From Candidatus Poribacteria bacterium (GTDB lineage: Bacteria > Poribacteria > WGA-4E > PCPOR2b): a DNA stretch of 64,000 bases. A program made the translations under genes and the position numbers. Shown here piece by piece: positions 10,631-20,598 of the stretch. Location of the stretch: positions 1,856,001 to 1,920,000 of the forward strand of contig OZ220744.1 of NCBI GenBank assembly GCA_965116925.1, read 5' to 3'. Under the pieces are notes generated by a model. That model did not search any database, was not told where the DNA came from, and was given only the letters and a program-made list of their open reading frames with translations. How positions within the stretch are numbered: the first letter of the stretch is position 1; the number at the start of each line of letters is the position of its first letter.

Positions 10631-11893
10631 CTACCTATTATTCCACATCTGGGCGCGGCGCATAAATACCAAGGGATCTGCCACCCATTCTGCATAGCCG
10701 ATGTTCTTGTTATCCGTCAGATAGTTCAGTTTTTCATCAATACAAGCAGCGAGTGCTGCATCTTCCACCGCTAGGGTAAATCCGCCGAGTTCAAACTGCT
10801 CATCAAGGGCGGTGACAACGAAGGTGTTACCAGAGACTTGGACGGCATCGCGATTTCCGATCTCTCCCCTTGCTATTGCGTCAACCCTCCCTGTGGCGAG
10901 GGCAGCCAGAAGGTCCGACTCCCCCACCTCATCCCCAAGATAAATGACTTGCGGCATATTATCCGAAGGTGGATAGAGATGACTCCGCCCTGCCAAATTT
11001 GGGGTGGCACCGGCGGCGGTAATCGTGTACGCCGCAGTGCCATCAGCAACGACAACCCCTAGCGGCGTCTCAACGCGCGTCCCCTCAACGAGAATACCGT
11101 TGGGGTCAACGAGCCCCGTCAGTTCCAGCAAACGTGCTTCTCCGGTCGTAGCGGAAAGCACACCCACGCGCACATCGCTCGTCAAATCCGCATGGGTGGC
11201 GAAACGTTCTACATCTTCAGTCCGCACCAAAAGCGACTGGCGAAACTTGATATGCCCCGACGTAAAAGTGATAACCGTGTTGCCGGTCACATCTCGGGTC
11301 CGAGAATCGAGAATCGTGATACCGCCGCCCACAATATCATATTCCGGTTCAGCAGACTTGAGCCAGATGTCCGGCCAGACCGCGATAGGGTAGCGGACAA
11401 AGGATAATCCTGCGCCTTGCATAGCCTCGAGTGCTGTCAACAGGTCTGCTTCATAGCCGAGATGCGTATTGAAAGCGTCGGAAGCAGGGTCTTCGTCAGC
11501 ACTGTAACTCACAGGCGAGAAATACGTGTAAAAACCGACGTTGAGGACTCGAGCCCCATCTGTGCAGGCCTGCGATGGCATAGCAGGTTGAACAATTTGC
11601 TGAAGTTGTTCGCAAGCGGAAAGCCCCACAACGAGAATAGCAATCGCTAACACAGATACGAATTTTGTGATTTTTTTAATATTCCTCTCGGTGCTTTTCC
11701 CACTGATAACTGGGGATGATAGTACCTTAACAGTTCCATTGCTGGGAAAAACGGCGGCAATATCTGGCGTAAGACGGACAATATTTGTACCAGCAGCATA
11801 TTGCTCTGCATATTTCCCACGAATCCCATTGTTCAGGGATGTTTCGTCATACTCAGAACATAATCCGTCATTGGGTGCGGTTATATCAGTCAT
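10631..11893 (-). CDS. Amino-acid-type (family 3) substrate-binding lipoprotein, fused N-terminally to a BrnA-like antitoxin remnant
   Basis: GYEADLLTAL, YDIVGGGITILDSR, GRVDAIARGE SBP motifs; lipobox VVGLSAC. The N-terminal SEYDETSLNNGIRGKYAEQYAAGTNIVRLTPDIAAVFPS resembles BrnA-like antitoxins. True start uncertain. Confidence 0.7.
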   Translation of the reverse strand: MTDITAPNDGLCSEYDETSLNNGIRGKYAEQYAAGTNIVRLTPDIAAVFPSNGTVKVLSSPVISGKSTERNIKKITKFVSVLAIAILVVGLSACEQLQQIVQPAMPSQACTDGARVLNVGFYTYFSPVSYSADEDPASDAFNTHLGYEADLLTALEAMQGAGLSFVRYPIAVWPDIWLKSAEPEYDIVGGGITILDSRTRDVTGNTVITFTSGHIKFRQSLLVRTEDVERFATHADLTSDVRVGVLSATTGEARLLELTGLVDPNGILVEGTRVETPLGVVVADGTAAYTITAAGATPNLAGRSHLYPPSDNMPQVIYLGDEVGESDLLAALATGRVDAIARGEIGNRDAVQVSGNTFVVTALDEQFELGGFTLAVEDAALAACIDEKLNYLTDNKNIGYAEWVADPLVFMRRAQMWNNR

Positions 11894-11951
11894 TTTCGTA
11901 GTATTTATCGAAATTACTTGCTGCTTTGTTAGGATGCCATTCAAATTCCAT
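11886..11951 (-). pseudogene. Internally deleted BrnT toxin remnant
   Basis: Hand translation MEFEWHPNKAASNFDKYYEND*. The BrnT-type N-terminus is joined directly to a C-terminal end that overlaps the antitoxin ATG. Confidence 0.7.
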
Positions 11952-11978
11952 GTTGTCGCCTTGAAAAGCCTACTCTTT

Positions 11979-14900
11979 CTAAAAATCCAAACTCACACCA
12001 ATCATAACCAACCGCGGCGAACTCCACGAGGCTGGACTGGAATGCTTTCTAGCGGTAAGCGGGATGCCATACCGGTCGTATGTCACCGGATCAAGCAGAT
12101 TGTCTAGATTTTTCGTGTTGAAGATGTTCCGAATATCCGCAAAGAGGGTATATATCACCCCACCAACCCGGCTTCGCTTACTAAGCAGCACATCAACATT
12201 GTAAGTTGGCGGATAACGCTTCGAGTTCACATCAGGTTTAATCGGCGCGCTCGGATTCGGGGTGTAGGGCAAACCGCTGCCGTATCGACCAATCAGATTG
12301 ATAGCACTGTCGAGGGGCAGTTGAATGTCCAACGTCCCAGAGACAACGTGCCGCTGATCCCAATCTAGGGGATGGCTTTCAGTCACTTCAGGTTGTTGCC
12401 GATAATAGGTCAAGTAGCCCAGGTTTCGACTGGAGCCTTTCCCCTTTGCAACGGAATAGGTATAACTGAGCATTCCAGAAACTGGACTATTCCCCGTGCG
12501 CCACTTGCGAACTGTCAACTCAAAGCCTTGAACCCGTCCGTAGATATCATTGATGAAATAGCTGTAATCGTTGGTGATGTCGACATGCACGCTACTCACC
12601 AGATTGTCAATATCCTTAGTGAACCCGGTGATGTCAGCCGTTAGGTCGTCGGCGAACTGCTGCGCGATTCCGACCTCATAAGCGATAGTTTTCTCCGGCT
12701 CCAAGTCGGGATTCCCGCGTCTACGGATCGCCCCCCGCATATCAAAATTGAGATTCTCGTAAAGATCATCGCCGCGCGGGATCTGGTAGTAGTGTCCATA
12801 CGTGAAGTGCAGCTTCGCCCGATCTGTTACCGGGAACGAGATGCCGAGACGTGGCGCGAGCATCTGTTTGGTGGAGGCCTCAACCGGGTTCTTGATAATG
12901 GGCAGCCCAACTGTGTAGACGCTTTTATCTAGCTTGATTGTTCCATCCTCATTGAGTTCAAGCGGATCCAAAGGATCTCCGGGTGAAACCCCGTCTGGAT
13001 TATACAGATCGTACCGCAATCCCGCATTGACGATCATTCCCGCATACTCCATCTTGTCTTGCAAGTATGCACTCAAGGAGCTAGGGGCTACATCATAAAA
13101 CTCCATGTAGAGGTTTGAGCTCCCCCAATTGGTTGTGCCGAGATTATAGATATCTTGTGCCGTGAAACCAACACCTGTCTGGATTTGGTGATTTTCTGTG
13201 ACTTGGCTGGCGAAATCCGCTTTCGCTATTGATGTCGTTGAATTGCGGTCAGTCCAGTTGTTATCGTCTCCTGCGATGTAGTAGGTTGTATCGTTGTACG
13301 CCTGTTGGGTTGGGTTTCTTATTCTTCCCGCTTCCTGATTCTCCTCAAAGGATTTGTCGGGGTCCCACGCGTTTTCATCAAACGTTTTATTCAACGGATC
13401 CCACAATTTATCCGGTTGATGGCTCTCAAAAGAGCGATGGAATTGCCCAAGCGTCAAGGTGTAGAAAGTACCGGAGTTGAGATTATGTGAGAGTTGCACG
13501 GAAAGGCCACGCCCATCTCTGTTCCCCACCGGAATCGCGCTGGGTAAAAAGCGCAGACCACCACCATAGGAGGTGGATTCCCGCTGATCGAAAAGCCCAC
13601 TCGCGGTAAGCTTAATTTCGGGAGTCACTTCAAACTTGAGTTTGCCCTGAAAGGTGTATCCCGTTGAATCAGCATTGGGGAGGAAACTTTCGTTTTGTTG
13701 CAGTTGGCTGGCAACCGAGAAGGTCAACCGGTTCCCCCATATCGGTCCGTTGAGAGCGAATTCCCCGATATGGCTCGGACTCAAATCATACGTTTTCGTA
13801 TCGTTGAATAACCCACTGTATTGGTTTAGATCCACGATGTAGCCATCGAACAGCGTAACCTGTTTCTTCTCATAGTCAATAACCGTGCCATCGGTGTCTC
13901 GATAAGGTTGACGCTCCATAATAACTTCACCCGCGGCATCCACCCTAGGCTCGCCTGTGGTGGGGTCAATAACAGGCAGCAATGGGTTTGCTGTCCTATC
14001 CGCATACACGCCGGGGACAATCTCCGTGAAAACGACCTGTGCATCCCCCTCTCGATCTGCCAACTCTTCGACCGTAGTGGGGTCTCCCCGATAGGGGGTT
14101 TGATAGCCGTAAGGTTCGCCGAGGAAGATCCCCCGGAAAGGTTCAAGTGCCACCGGTTGGAAGTCGTTGTCTGGATCTAACCACGGACCGTATACCGGAT
14201 CGCCGTGATGCGTCGCCCACTGCCCGACTCGATACCGGATTCGACCCGAAAACTTTTGGCTGCCAGCTTTCGTGATGAGATTGATCACGCCGGACTGTGC
14301 GTTACCGTGTTCTGCGTTGAATCCACCCGTGATGATTTCCATCTGTTCAAGGGCATTCGTGTTGATACTGATACCTAAACCGCTGCCAATTGGGTCATTG
14401 ACTGGGAGACCATCAATCAGATATTGAATCTCCATCGAACGACCGCCGCGAATATGGACCGCGCCGGAGGCGTTATTCACCGCCACGCCTGCCTGTGTTT
14501 GGAGAATCCCATTCACAGTATCGCGGGGCATGGCTTCGATATCTTCCGCTTCAATAATCCGTGTCGTTTGCGTAACATCTCGTTTAATCAGCGGTTTAGT
14601 AGCCGTTACCGTGACCTCTTCGAGCGTGACAACATCAGCAGCCTTTAGCGCGAAGTCTAAGGTTGTGGTAAGCCCGGCGAACACCTTCGCACCCGCCACC
14701 GTCTCCGTGCCGTAGCCGGTGAGTTCTGTTTTTACATCATAGCCGCCCGGCGGGATATTGATAAGGACATAATAGCCTGCCTCATTTGTCGTTGTGGTGC
14801 TGCTTGTTCCCACAAGTGTCACCGTGACATCTGCCAATGGTGCACCCGTTGCTTCAGCGGTAACCACACCTGAAACCTTCCCGGTGATGGCAGCAGAAGC

Positions 14901-15017
14901 GTCCCAGATACCCACCAACGCTACAAAAGCCACAATGAGTAGGAAGTAGGGATAGGCACTTATACCCGTCCTAATTCTATGAATCGTGTAACACGGTAAA
15001 TCATGTTTTCTTTTCAT
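11979..15017 (-). CDS. TonB-dependent receptor with N-terminal carboxypeptidase-regulatory-like domain
   Basis: Signal peptide; GKVSGVV...TNEAGYYVLINIPPGGY; plug HIRGGR...IDG...GGFNAEHGNAQSGVINLITK; GNPDLEPEKT; C-terminal PRLVMIGVSLDF. Confidence 0.92.
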   Translation of the reverse strand: MKRKHDLPCYTIHRIRTGISAYPYFLLIVAFVALVGIWDASAAITGKVSGVVTAEATGAPLADVTVTLVGTSSTTTTNEAGYYVLINIPPGGYDVKTELTGYGTETVAGAKVFAGLTTTLDFALKAADVVTLEEVTVTATKPLIKRDVTQTTRIIEAEDIEAMPRDTVNGILQTQAGVAVNNASGAVHIRGGRSMEIQYLIDGLPVNDPIGSGLGISINTNALEQMEIITGGFNAEHGNAQSGVINLITKAGSQKFSGRIRYRVGQWATHHGDPVYGPWLDPDNDFQPVALEPFRGIFLGEPYGYQTPYRGDPTTVEELADREGDAQVVFTEIVPGVYADRTANPLLPVIDPTTGEPRVDAAGEVIMERQPYRDTDGTVIDYEKKQVTLFDGYIVDLNQYSGLFNDTKTYDLSPSHIGEFALNGPIWGNRLTFSVASQLQQNESFLPNADSTGYTFQGKLKFEVTPEIKLTASGLFDQRESTSYGGGLRFLPSAIPVGNRDGRGLSVQLSHNLNSGTFYTLTLGQFHRSFESHQPDKLWDPLNKTFDENAWDPDKSFEENQEAGRIRNPTQQAYNDTTYYIAGDDNNWTDRNSTTSIAKADFASQVTENHQIQTGVGFTAQDIYNLGTTNWGSSNLYMEFYDVAPSSLSAYLQDKMEYAGMIVNAGLRYDLYNPDGVSPGDPLDPLELNEDGTIKLDKSVYTVGLPIIKNPVEASTKQMLAPRLGISFPVTDRAKLHFTYGHYYQIPRGDDLYENLNFDMRGAIRRRGNPDLEPEKTIAYEVGIAQQFADDLTADITGFTKDIDNLVSSVHVDITNDYSYFINDIYGRVQGFELTVRKWRTGNSPVSGMLSYTYSVAKGKGSSRNLGYLTYYRQQPEVTESHPLDWDQRHVVSGTLDIQLPLDSAINLIGRYGSGLPYTPNPSAPIKPDVNSKRYPPTYNVDVLLSKRSRVGGVIYTLFADIRNIFNTKNLDNLLDPVTYDRYGIPLTARKHSSPASWSSPRLVMIGVSLDF

Positions 15018-15040
15018 TTTTTATCCTCACTTTTGGTAAA

Positions 15041-15367
15041 CTACTCAAAGCTAGGTATTGCCTCCTCTAATGGTTCAATCGAAAGCCGCCAGCCAAGCGC
15101 ATTTAGAATGGTTCCGAGCGTATCGAGCGTTGGTGTGTTGTCGCTTGATAGCATCTTCAATACGGTTTGTGGTGCGGTATGGATTCGATTAGCAAGTTCA
15201 TGAATCCCGCCCTGCGCTTCAACAACGGTCTGTAGTGCTAGCATAAGTGCAGCAGTATCGCCATCAGTTTGGTATTCTTCTAGTGCCACTTGAAGGTAGC
15301 TAATTGCCTTCTCCCGGTCCGCAAACTTTTCAATTAGATATTCGCGCCATGTTCTCATTTCTCTCAT
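15041..15367 (-). CDS. Addiction-module antidote (HigA/HI1420-like HTH protein)
   Basis: YLQVALEE...ALQTVVEAQGGIHELA...LSSDNTPTLDTLGTILNALGWRL. Confidence 0.85.
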   Translation of the reverse strand: MREMRTWREYLIEKFADREKAISYLQVALEEYQTDGDTAALMLALQTVVEAQGGIHELANRIHTAPQTVLKMLSSDNTPTLDTLGTILNALGWRLSIEPLEEAIPSFE

Positions 15368-15376
15368 CGTTGTACC

Positions 15377-15550
15377 TCAATAGGTTTTGGCGCGTTCAAT
15401 GTCCCGTGTCTGCGATGACTTGTCACCACCACAGAGTAGAAGAACAACCGTGTTATTTATTTCACCGAAATAGACTCGATAACCGGCACCGAAATGGAGA
15501 CGTAATTCAAAAACACCCTCACCAACTATTATACCTTGACTTATCCGCAC
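15377..15550 (-). pseudogene. N-terminally truncated RelE/HI1419-type killer toxin
   Basis: Hand translation ...[49 protein letters not shown], the C-terminal half only. Confidence 0.8.
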
Positions 15551-15557
15551 TCGTCAA
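15528..15557 (-). promoter_or_regulatory. Near-consensus sigma70 promoter at the toxin truncation point
   Basis: Minus strand TTGACG-18 nt-TATAAT pointing into the antitoxin and TonB receptor genes. Confidence 0.6.
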
Positions 15558-15583
15558 ACAATCTAGTTCTTTTGATAAATCTA

Positions 15584-16426
15584 TCAACCCCGTGACGGCT
15601 CTGTCATCGTCTTTCTGAGCTCCCGATGCAATTCAGCAAGGTGGGTGTCATTCTCCATCACCTGCTTCAAGTGCACCATCCGCTCTGGACCGGCAGTACG
15701 GATCATCGCTTCGCCGAGGATGCTATCGATCCAGAACCGTGCTTCTTTACTGAACATGTCACGCAATTCCCCCAGTCGCTCCTCGGGGTAACGAGAGCAG
15801 AAGTTCATTGTGTACATCCGTCGCCGCTCAGAACCGCCAAACGCAGCGTGCTTGAGGTTTTGATTGAAGACGACAATATCGCCGGGATTTGTCTCCAAAA
15901 CGAGTGCCGGGACATCAGGACCGGACATCCCCCAGATCTTTCCGCTCTCGCGGATGTCGCGTTCAATCGTGTCGGCATAAGGCTCGCCAACGCGGTGGCT
16001 GCCGGGGATCACACGCAGTGCACCCGTATCGCGGGTCAGCGGATCGAGGTAGAACGGGATCTTGATATCCATCAGCCGGTTTCCATTGTAACCGTCGGAG
16101 TGCCAACGGGTGTCCCCAGCGTAGAGATTGCCATCGCCGCTTGTATAGTTAAAGTCATCACCGCAAATACTAGCAGCGATGTCGTGGATGCGTGGATCGT
16201 CTAGTAGGGAACTGAGGTACTCACTGAGATCCGGGAACGGGCAGATGCAAGAACGATTCACTCCGTCGTGCAACGCGCCGTTGTGTCCGCCACCGTGGGC
16301 AGCCCAAACAGCTTCAAACTCGTCAATAATCTTATCAGCGCAGTCAGCCAATAATCCCGGAAAGGATAAGAACCCAAACGTATCAAAGAATGCCATCTGT
16401 TGGTCGTTAAGTCGTGTTGATCCCAT
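15584..16426 (-). CDS. Phytanoyl-CoA dioxygenase (PhyH) family protein
   Basis: WHSDG (HxD), GALRVIPGSH, distal LKHAA; 280 aa from ATG 16426. Confidence 0.88.
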   Translation of the reverse strand: MGSTRLNDQQMAFFDTFGFLSFPGLLADCADKIIDEFEAVWAAHGGGHNGALHDGVNRSCICPFPDLSEYLSSLLDDPRIHDIAASICGDDFNYTSGDGNLYAGDTRWHSDGYNGNRLMDIKIPFYLDPLTRDTGALRVIPGSHRVGEPYADTIERDIRESGKIWGMSGPDVPALVLETNPGDIVVFNQNLKHAAFGGSERRRMYTMNFCSRYPEERLGELRDMFSKEARFWIDSILGEAMIRTAGPERMVHLKQVMENDTHLAELHRELRKTMTEPSRG

Positions 16427-16601
16427 TGTCACATCTCCAATCTCTATTGGGTCATGTTAAGCAATCGTGTAGCAGTAACCGTAGGGGCGGGGTTACCCCG
16501 CCCGTGCTTACCAAAAACTCGATTTCTCTTCGCGTTTTGCACCTTCTTTTTCTATCCAAACTCTGTTGACGGCATAATCTCAGCTAAGGCCAATTGAGCC
16601 A

Positions 16602-17444
16602 TTAACCTCGCGACGGTTCGGTCATCGTCTCTCTGAGTTCCCGATGCAATTCAGCAAGGTGGGTGTCATTTTCCATCACCTGCTCTAGGTGCACCATCCG
16701 CTCTGGGCCCGCGGTACGGATCATCGCTTCACCGTGGATGCGATCAATCCAGAACCGTGCCTCGTGACCTAGCTTCTCGCGTAACTCCCCAAGCCGTTCT
16801 TCCGGGTAACGGCGGCAGAAGTTCATCGTATACATCCGTCGCCGTTCAGAACCGCCAAACGCAGCGTGCTTGAGATTGTGGTTGAAGACAACAATATCGC
16901 CGGGGTTCGTTTCCAAAATAAGTGCCGGGACATCAGGACCGGACATCCCCCAGATCTGCCCACTCTCGCGAATATCGCGTTCAATAATGTCGGCATAAGG
17001 CTCGCCAACCCGGTGGCTGCCGGGGATAATGCGGAGCGCGCCGGTGTCGCGGGTCAGCGGATCGAGGTAGAAAGCGATCTTGATGCTCATCAACCGGTTT
17101 CCGTCGTAGCCGTCAGAGTGCCAACGGGTGTCCCCGGCGTAGAAATTACCATCGCCACTTGTATAATTAAAATCATCACCACAGATGCTGGCGGCGATGT
17201 CATGGATACGCGGGTCATCCAGTATAGAGCTGAGGTATTCGCTGCGATCCGGGAACGGGAAGATACAGGAACGATTCACCCCGTCGTGCAGTGCCCCGTG
17301 GTGTCCGCCACCGTGGGAAGTCCAGATAGCTTCAAATTCGTCAATAATCCTATCGGCACAATCAGCCAATAATCCCGGAAAGGACAGAAACCCAAACGTA
17401 TCAAAGAATGCCATCTGCTGGTCGTTGAGTCGCGTTGATGTCAT
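16602..17444 (-). CDS. PhyH family protein, close tandem paralog of 15584-16426
   Basis: Same motifs, same length (280 aa), highly similar sequence. Start at ATG 17444 after GGAGA. Confidence 0.88.
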   Translation of the reverse strand: MTSTRLNDQQMAFFDTFGFLSFPGLLADCADRIIDEFEAIWTSHGGGHHGALHDGVNRSCIFPFPDRSEYLSSILDDPRIHDIAASICGDDFNYTSGDGNFYAGDTRWHSDGYDGNRLMSIKIAFYLDPLTRDTGALRIIPGSHRVGEPYADIIERDIRESGQIWGMSGPDVPALILETNPGDIVVFNHNLKHAAFGGSERRRMYTMNFCRRYPEERLGELREKLGHEARFWIDRIHGEAMIRTAGPERMVHLEQVMENDTHLAELHRELRETMTEPSRG

Positions 17445-17523
17445 TATCGTGTCTCCAATTTGGTGGATGCAGCATCTGTTTAACGTTCTACGTTTCCTCA
17501 ATCGCGCAATTGTCGAGGAATAG

Positions 17524-17994
17524 TTAAAAATCTATACGGTAGCGACGCTTAATCCGATCGCTCTTTTTGTATAGATGATAGAATTTCCGGGGAACCTCTA
17601 CCGTTTCAACAAACCTAGCTCCCACAATTTCGCACGTTCTCCTTGAAGCCATATTGTCGGGATTACACGTAATCCAGATCGGATTAATCTCATGGCGGCG
17701 TGCGAGAGGCAAGATGAGTTGGCAGCTTCTTGCGGCGTATCGATGCCCCCTGTACGCCGGCGTAACATTGTAACCGATATGTCCTGCGTATTTTTCGAGG
17801 TTCTCATCGTTCCCGATCCGCAGCGAGATATGCCCCATATTTGTATTTTGACCGACAGATCTCATTGCGAACTCATAACTAGGGGCATATCCCTTTGAGG
17901 AATCGGCGGAACGCTTTTCAACTAAAATGAGCTCTAGATCGCCATCGACCAATCGTCCGGGATGCAAGAACCTAAAAGTAGTGTCATCACTCAT
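17524..17994 (-). CDS. GNAT acetyltransferase
   Basis: GHIGYNVTPAYRGHRYA acetyl-CoA motif; ITCNPDNMASRRTCE. Confidence 0.85.
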   Translation of the reverse strand: MSDDTTFRFLHPGRLVDGDLELILVEKRSADSSKGYAPSYEFAMRSVGQNTNMGHISLRIGNDENLEKYAGHIGYNVTPAYRGHRYAARSCQLILPLARRHEINPIWITCNPDNMASRRTCEIVGARFVETVEVPRKFYHLYKKSDRIKRRYRIDF

Positions 17995-18141
17995 TGCAGA
18001 CCGCCTATTACGCCATTACACCTGTAGTGGAAAATCTCGTCGTTTTCTGGCAATACGCTGAATAGCTCCAATCGTTACTCTAATACCCAAAATTAGTGAA
18101 CCTCTCTGCTACCTTCACGTTTCACGCTTTTGACATGAGTC

Positions 18142-18936
18142 TCAAATATCTGTACCTTCTCCTACCAGTTCTTCACCCATACGCTTCAAGCCAGCGGTCA
18201 GCCCCCCATCGACGATGAGGTTTGTTCCTGTGACGAAAGATGCTTGGTCTGATACCAAGAAAAGGGCAGCCGCAGCGATCTCTTCGGGCTTGCCAACCCG
18301 TTTGAGCGGATACCATTTCGACAGTCGGTTAAAGAGGTCTGGATCTTTTTCAAGCACCGCTGTCCATGCAGGCGTTTGAATGGATCCCGGACAGATCGAA
18401 TTGGCGCGGATGCCCCGCTCTCCGTAGCGGACAGCGATGTTTTGCGTCAGCGAGATAACCCCCGCCTTGGCAGCACTGTACGCCTCCTCGCCGAGTCCGA
18501 GCAACCCGTTCACCGAAGCGATGTTGACAATTGCTCCCTTGCGTTGACCAATCATGTGCGGCAAAGCCGCTTTACAACAGAGAAAGGCACTTGACAAACA
18601 GCCCCGGATATTTCTGTTCCACAGTTCCTCATCAACAGTGAGAATGTCATCTCCATCACAGAAGTACGCATTGTTCACCAAGATATCAACGCCGCCGTAA
18701 GCATCAATCGTTTGGGATACCATCGCTTCAACCGCAGCAGAATCCGTTACATCGGTATGCACAAACCGAGCGGTTCCGCCCTCACCTTCGATCGCTGCAA
18801 CGGTGTCCATTCCGGCGGTATCGTTGATGTCCGCTACGACGACGCAGGCTCCTTCGGAGGCGAATCGTTGGGCAGTCGCACGACCTATGCCCGATCCAGC
18901 CCCTGTTATAATCGCTGTTCGATTGGCTAATTGCAC
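18142..18936 (-). CDS. SDR family oxidoreductase
   Basis: TGAGSGIG, NNA, YSAAK catalytic motif. Confidence 0.92.
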   Translation of the reverse strand: MQLANRTAIITGAGSGIGRATAQRFASEGACVVVADINDTAGMDTVAAIEGEGGTARFVHTDVTDSAAVEAMVSQTIDAYGGVDILVNNAYFCDGDDILTVDEELWNRNIRGCLSSAFLCCKAALPHMIGQRKGAIVNIASVNGLLGLGEEAYSAAKAGVISLTQNIAVRYGERGIRANSICPGSIQTPAWTAVLEKDPDLFNRLSKWYPLKRVGKPEEIAAAALFLVSDQASFVTGTNLIVDGGLTAGLKRMGEELVGEGTDI

Positions 18937-18978
18937 AATGTCTGCTCCTTCCTATTCGCCCCCGGTAGGTGCGGTTTC

Positions 18979-19057
18979 ATGAAGTTTAAGTATTTAAATC
19001 TCATAAAACCGCGCCGGCGTCGCAAGCAAATTACCGAACTGTTTTTTTAATTTTCAT
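18979..19057. mobile_element. ATGAA...TTCAT mini-element (internally deleted copy) inserted in a hairpin loop
   Basis: Same termini as 42792-42908 and 43272-43388. Flanks GGTGCGGTT-TC | CC-AACCGCACC. Confidence 0.8.
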
Positions 19058-19105
19058 CCAACCGCACCGGTTTTGAGTGTCTCATTACACTATAAACGCC
19101 GCATC

Positions 19106-20485
19106 TTACAACCCTTCTTGGTCGCTCAATCGCTGTAACAGCTTACAATAGGCTATCTGCCCCTGTTCAAAGCTGCTGATCCGGAAAAATTCGTCCGGGG
19201 CATGGGCGTTTTCATCTTCTAAGCCGAAGGCAAAAGTCACTGTATAGACATCTAGCTTATCTAGGAAAAGACGACATACCGGAAGGGTGCCGCCCAGTTG
19301 CGTGAAATACGGTGTTTTTCCGTATACCTCCTCAAGCACTTCGTAGGCAGCCTGATTCCCCGGATGATCTGTGGGGATTCGGTACGCCGGGGAGGGCGCA
19401 GCCTTGGGAGTAGTCGCTATCTCCACTCCCGGAGGCGTATATTTTTCGATATGGGTCGCAAGTTGTTCCAAGATCTTGTTCGGGTTTTGATCGGGCACAA
19501 GGCGGCAGGTGATTTTGGCGTGGGCTTCACTCGGAATGACAGTTTTGCTGCCCTCCCCTTGGAAACCACCCCAGATCCCATTCAACTCAAGCGTTGGGCG
19601 AACCCATGCCCGTTCAAGTGCCGTATAACCGGGCTCACCAAACAGGCGATCCACACCGAGTTGTTCCTTATACTCCGTCTCGTCGTGACCGATAGCAGCA
19701 ATCTGGTCTCGATCCTCGGCGGAGAGCGGGATAACATCGTCGTAGAACCCTTCAACCAAGATATCGCCCGCTGGGCTACGCATAGAATCCAAGAGACGTA
19801 CGAGGGCGTGGATCGGGTTTTGGACGGTGCCACCGTAGATGCCGGAGTGCAGGTCTACATTGGGGCCCTTCACGTCAATCTGTAGCGCGCACAACCCCTT
19901 GAACCCAACAAGCAGTGAAGGCTGATCTTCACGCCACTGCAATCCATCGGCACTAACCACTAGATCGCAAGCCAATAATTCTTTCTGGGCATCTATCAGA
20001 TCCGGCAGATGACCGCTACCGATCTCCTCCTCACCTTCAAAGAAGAATTTCAGGTTGACCGGCAAGCTACCCTCAGTCTTTAGCAGTGCTTCCGTGGCGA
20101 GGATGGGGATGAGCATGTTTCCTTTGTCATCGGAGGAACCACGGGCGTACACCTTTCCATCCTGCACGACGGGTTCAAACGGCGGGCTAGACCACAGATC
20201 GACCGGATCAACGGGCTGCGTATCAAAGTGACCATAGATCAAAACAGTCGGTTTATCGGGCGCGTGTAACCATTCACCGTAGACCACCGGAGGTCCACCG
20301 GTCGGCAGGATGCGTATCCCTTCAATGCCAGCAGCGTCCATACGGTTTGCAACCCATTCACCTGCCCGTTGAATATCACCGGCATGTTCAGATAGTGCGG
20401 AGATGCTCGGAATACGGATAAAGTCTAACATTTCGTCCAAGAACCGAGACCTGTTGGTTTCCAGATAATTTTCCCAATTCGCCAT
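19106..20485 (-). CDS. M20 family dipeptidase
   Basis: YGHFDTQP, ARGSSDDKG, EGEEEIGS, HAPDE metal-binding motifs. Confidence 0.92.
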   Translation of the reverse strand: MANWENYLETNRSRFLDEMLDFIRIPSISALSEHAGDIQRAGEWVANRMDAAGIEGIRILPTGGPPVVYGEWLHAPDKPTVLIYGHFDTQPVDPVDLWSSPPFEPVVQDGKVYARGSSDDKGNMLIPILATEALLKTEGSLPVNLKFFFEGEEEIGSGHLPDLIDAQKELLACDLVVSADGLQWREDQPSLLVGFKGLCALQIDVKGPNVDLHSGIYGGTVQNPIHALVRLLDSMRSPAGDILVEGFYDDVIPLSAEDRDQIAAIGHDETEYKEQLGVDRLFGEPGYTALERAWVRPTLELNGIWGGFQGEGSKTVIPSEAHAKITCRLVPDQNPNKILEQLATHIEKYTPPGVEIATTPKAAPSPAYRIPTDHPGNQAAYEVLEEVYGKTPYFTQLGGTLPVCRLFLDKLDVYTVTFAFGLEDENAHAPDEFFRISSFEQGQIAYCKLLQRLSDQEGL

Positions 20486-20598
20486 AGATTTCCCTTTTCT
20501 CCCTTTTGTCTTTCGCTCATATTAAGAAATCGTGCAATAGAACCCCTAGAGGTGGGGTTGCTGTATCAATGAACTAGTGAACCAATAAACTAATGAAC

